DNA from: Mobula hypostoma
Lineage: Eukaryota
Direction: 5' to 3'
Assembly (NCBI RefSeq): GCF_963921235.1
Contig: NC_086097.1
Location: 201,626,001 to 201,690,000, forward strand
Length of the DNA stretch: 64,000 nt
Below the pieces are notes generated by a model, which saw nothing but the letters and a program-made list of their open reading frames with translations, did not search any database and was not told the DNA's origin. Both the position numbers and the translations under genes were made by a program. Each line of letters begins with the position of its first letter. Within the stretch, counting starts at the first letter, position 1. Positions 63,640-64,000 of the stretch are shown here, piece after piece.

Positions 63640-64000
63640 TTAGAGCAGAATTAGGCCAATCGGTCCATCAAGTCTGCTGTACCATTCCATCATGACTGAT
63701 TTATTATGCCTCTCAATCCTATTCTCCTGCCTTCTCCCTGTAACCTTTGACACCTTGACTAACCAAGAACCTTTCAACCCCTGCTTTAAATATACTCAAT
63801 GACTTGGACACCACATCCATCCATGGCAATGAATTCCACCGAGCCACGACCAAATGGCTAAAGAAAATCCTTCTCATCTCTCTTCTAAATGGGCGTGCCT
63901 CATATGAGGCTGTCCATCTGGTCCTAGACTCACCCAGTATAGGAAACATCCTTTCCACTTCCGCTCTTTCTACACCTTTCAATATTTGATAAGTCTCAAT
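63640..64000 (-). mobile_element. CR1 3' end, running off the window
   Basis: ORF 63719-63982 MFPILGESRTR..WNSLP. Confidence 0.85.

Noticed and set aside
60547..64000. Search for the next ASXL exon (GEFTPEMQ..) and, in 1-17161, the preceding exon
   Set aside because: I found no matching sequence by eye. They probably lie outside the window, though a divergent upstream exon could have been missed.

Overview
This is eukaryotic, repeat-rich vertebrate genomic DNA. The repeat inventory (CR1, Rex1/Babar, Penelope, V-SINE-like) suggests a cartilaginous fish, probably a ray; that assignment is inference. The only host coding sequence I can support is two + strand exons of an ASXL-family gene, most like ASXL3: 17162-17325 and 60450-60546. 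Together they encode part of the ASXH/DEUBAD domain and are joined in frame across a 43,124-bp intron. The rest is intronic and packed with nested transposons: near-intact Penelope (RT + GIY-YIG) and HERO-like (RT + REL endonuclease) retroelements, a 5'-complete antisense L1, many CR1 and Rex1 fragments, an IR/DR Tc1, a hAT MITE, two solo LTRs, a Gypsy chromodomain relic, SINEs and bipartite non-autonomous LINE derivatives. The most striking non-coding signal is a dispersed Penelope-terminal repeat carrying a minimal type-I hammerhead ribozyme (AGUC-CUGANGA-helix II-GAAA-CG-UC-GACU). At least three copies have intact cores. Many copies form head-to-head fold-backs, one is a ~94-bp stand-alone insertion with a long TSD, and one pair sits inside a hAT element. 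Boundaries of old repeats are approximate, and no database searches were run.
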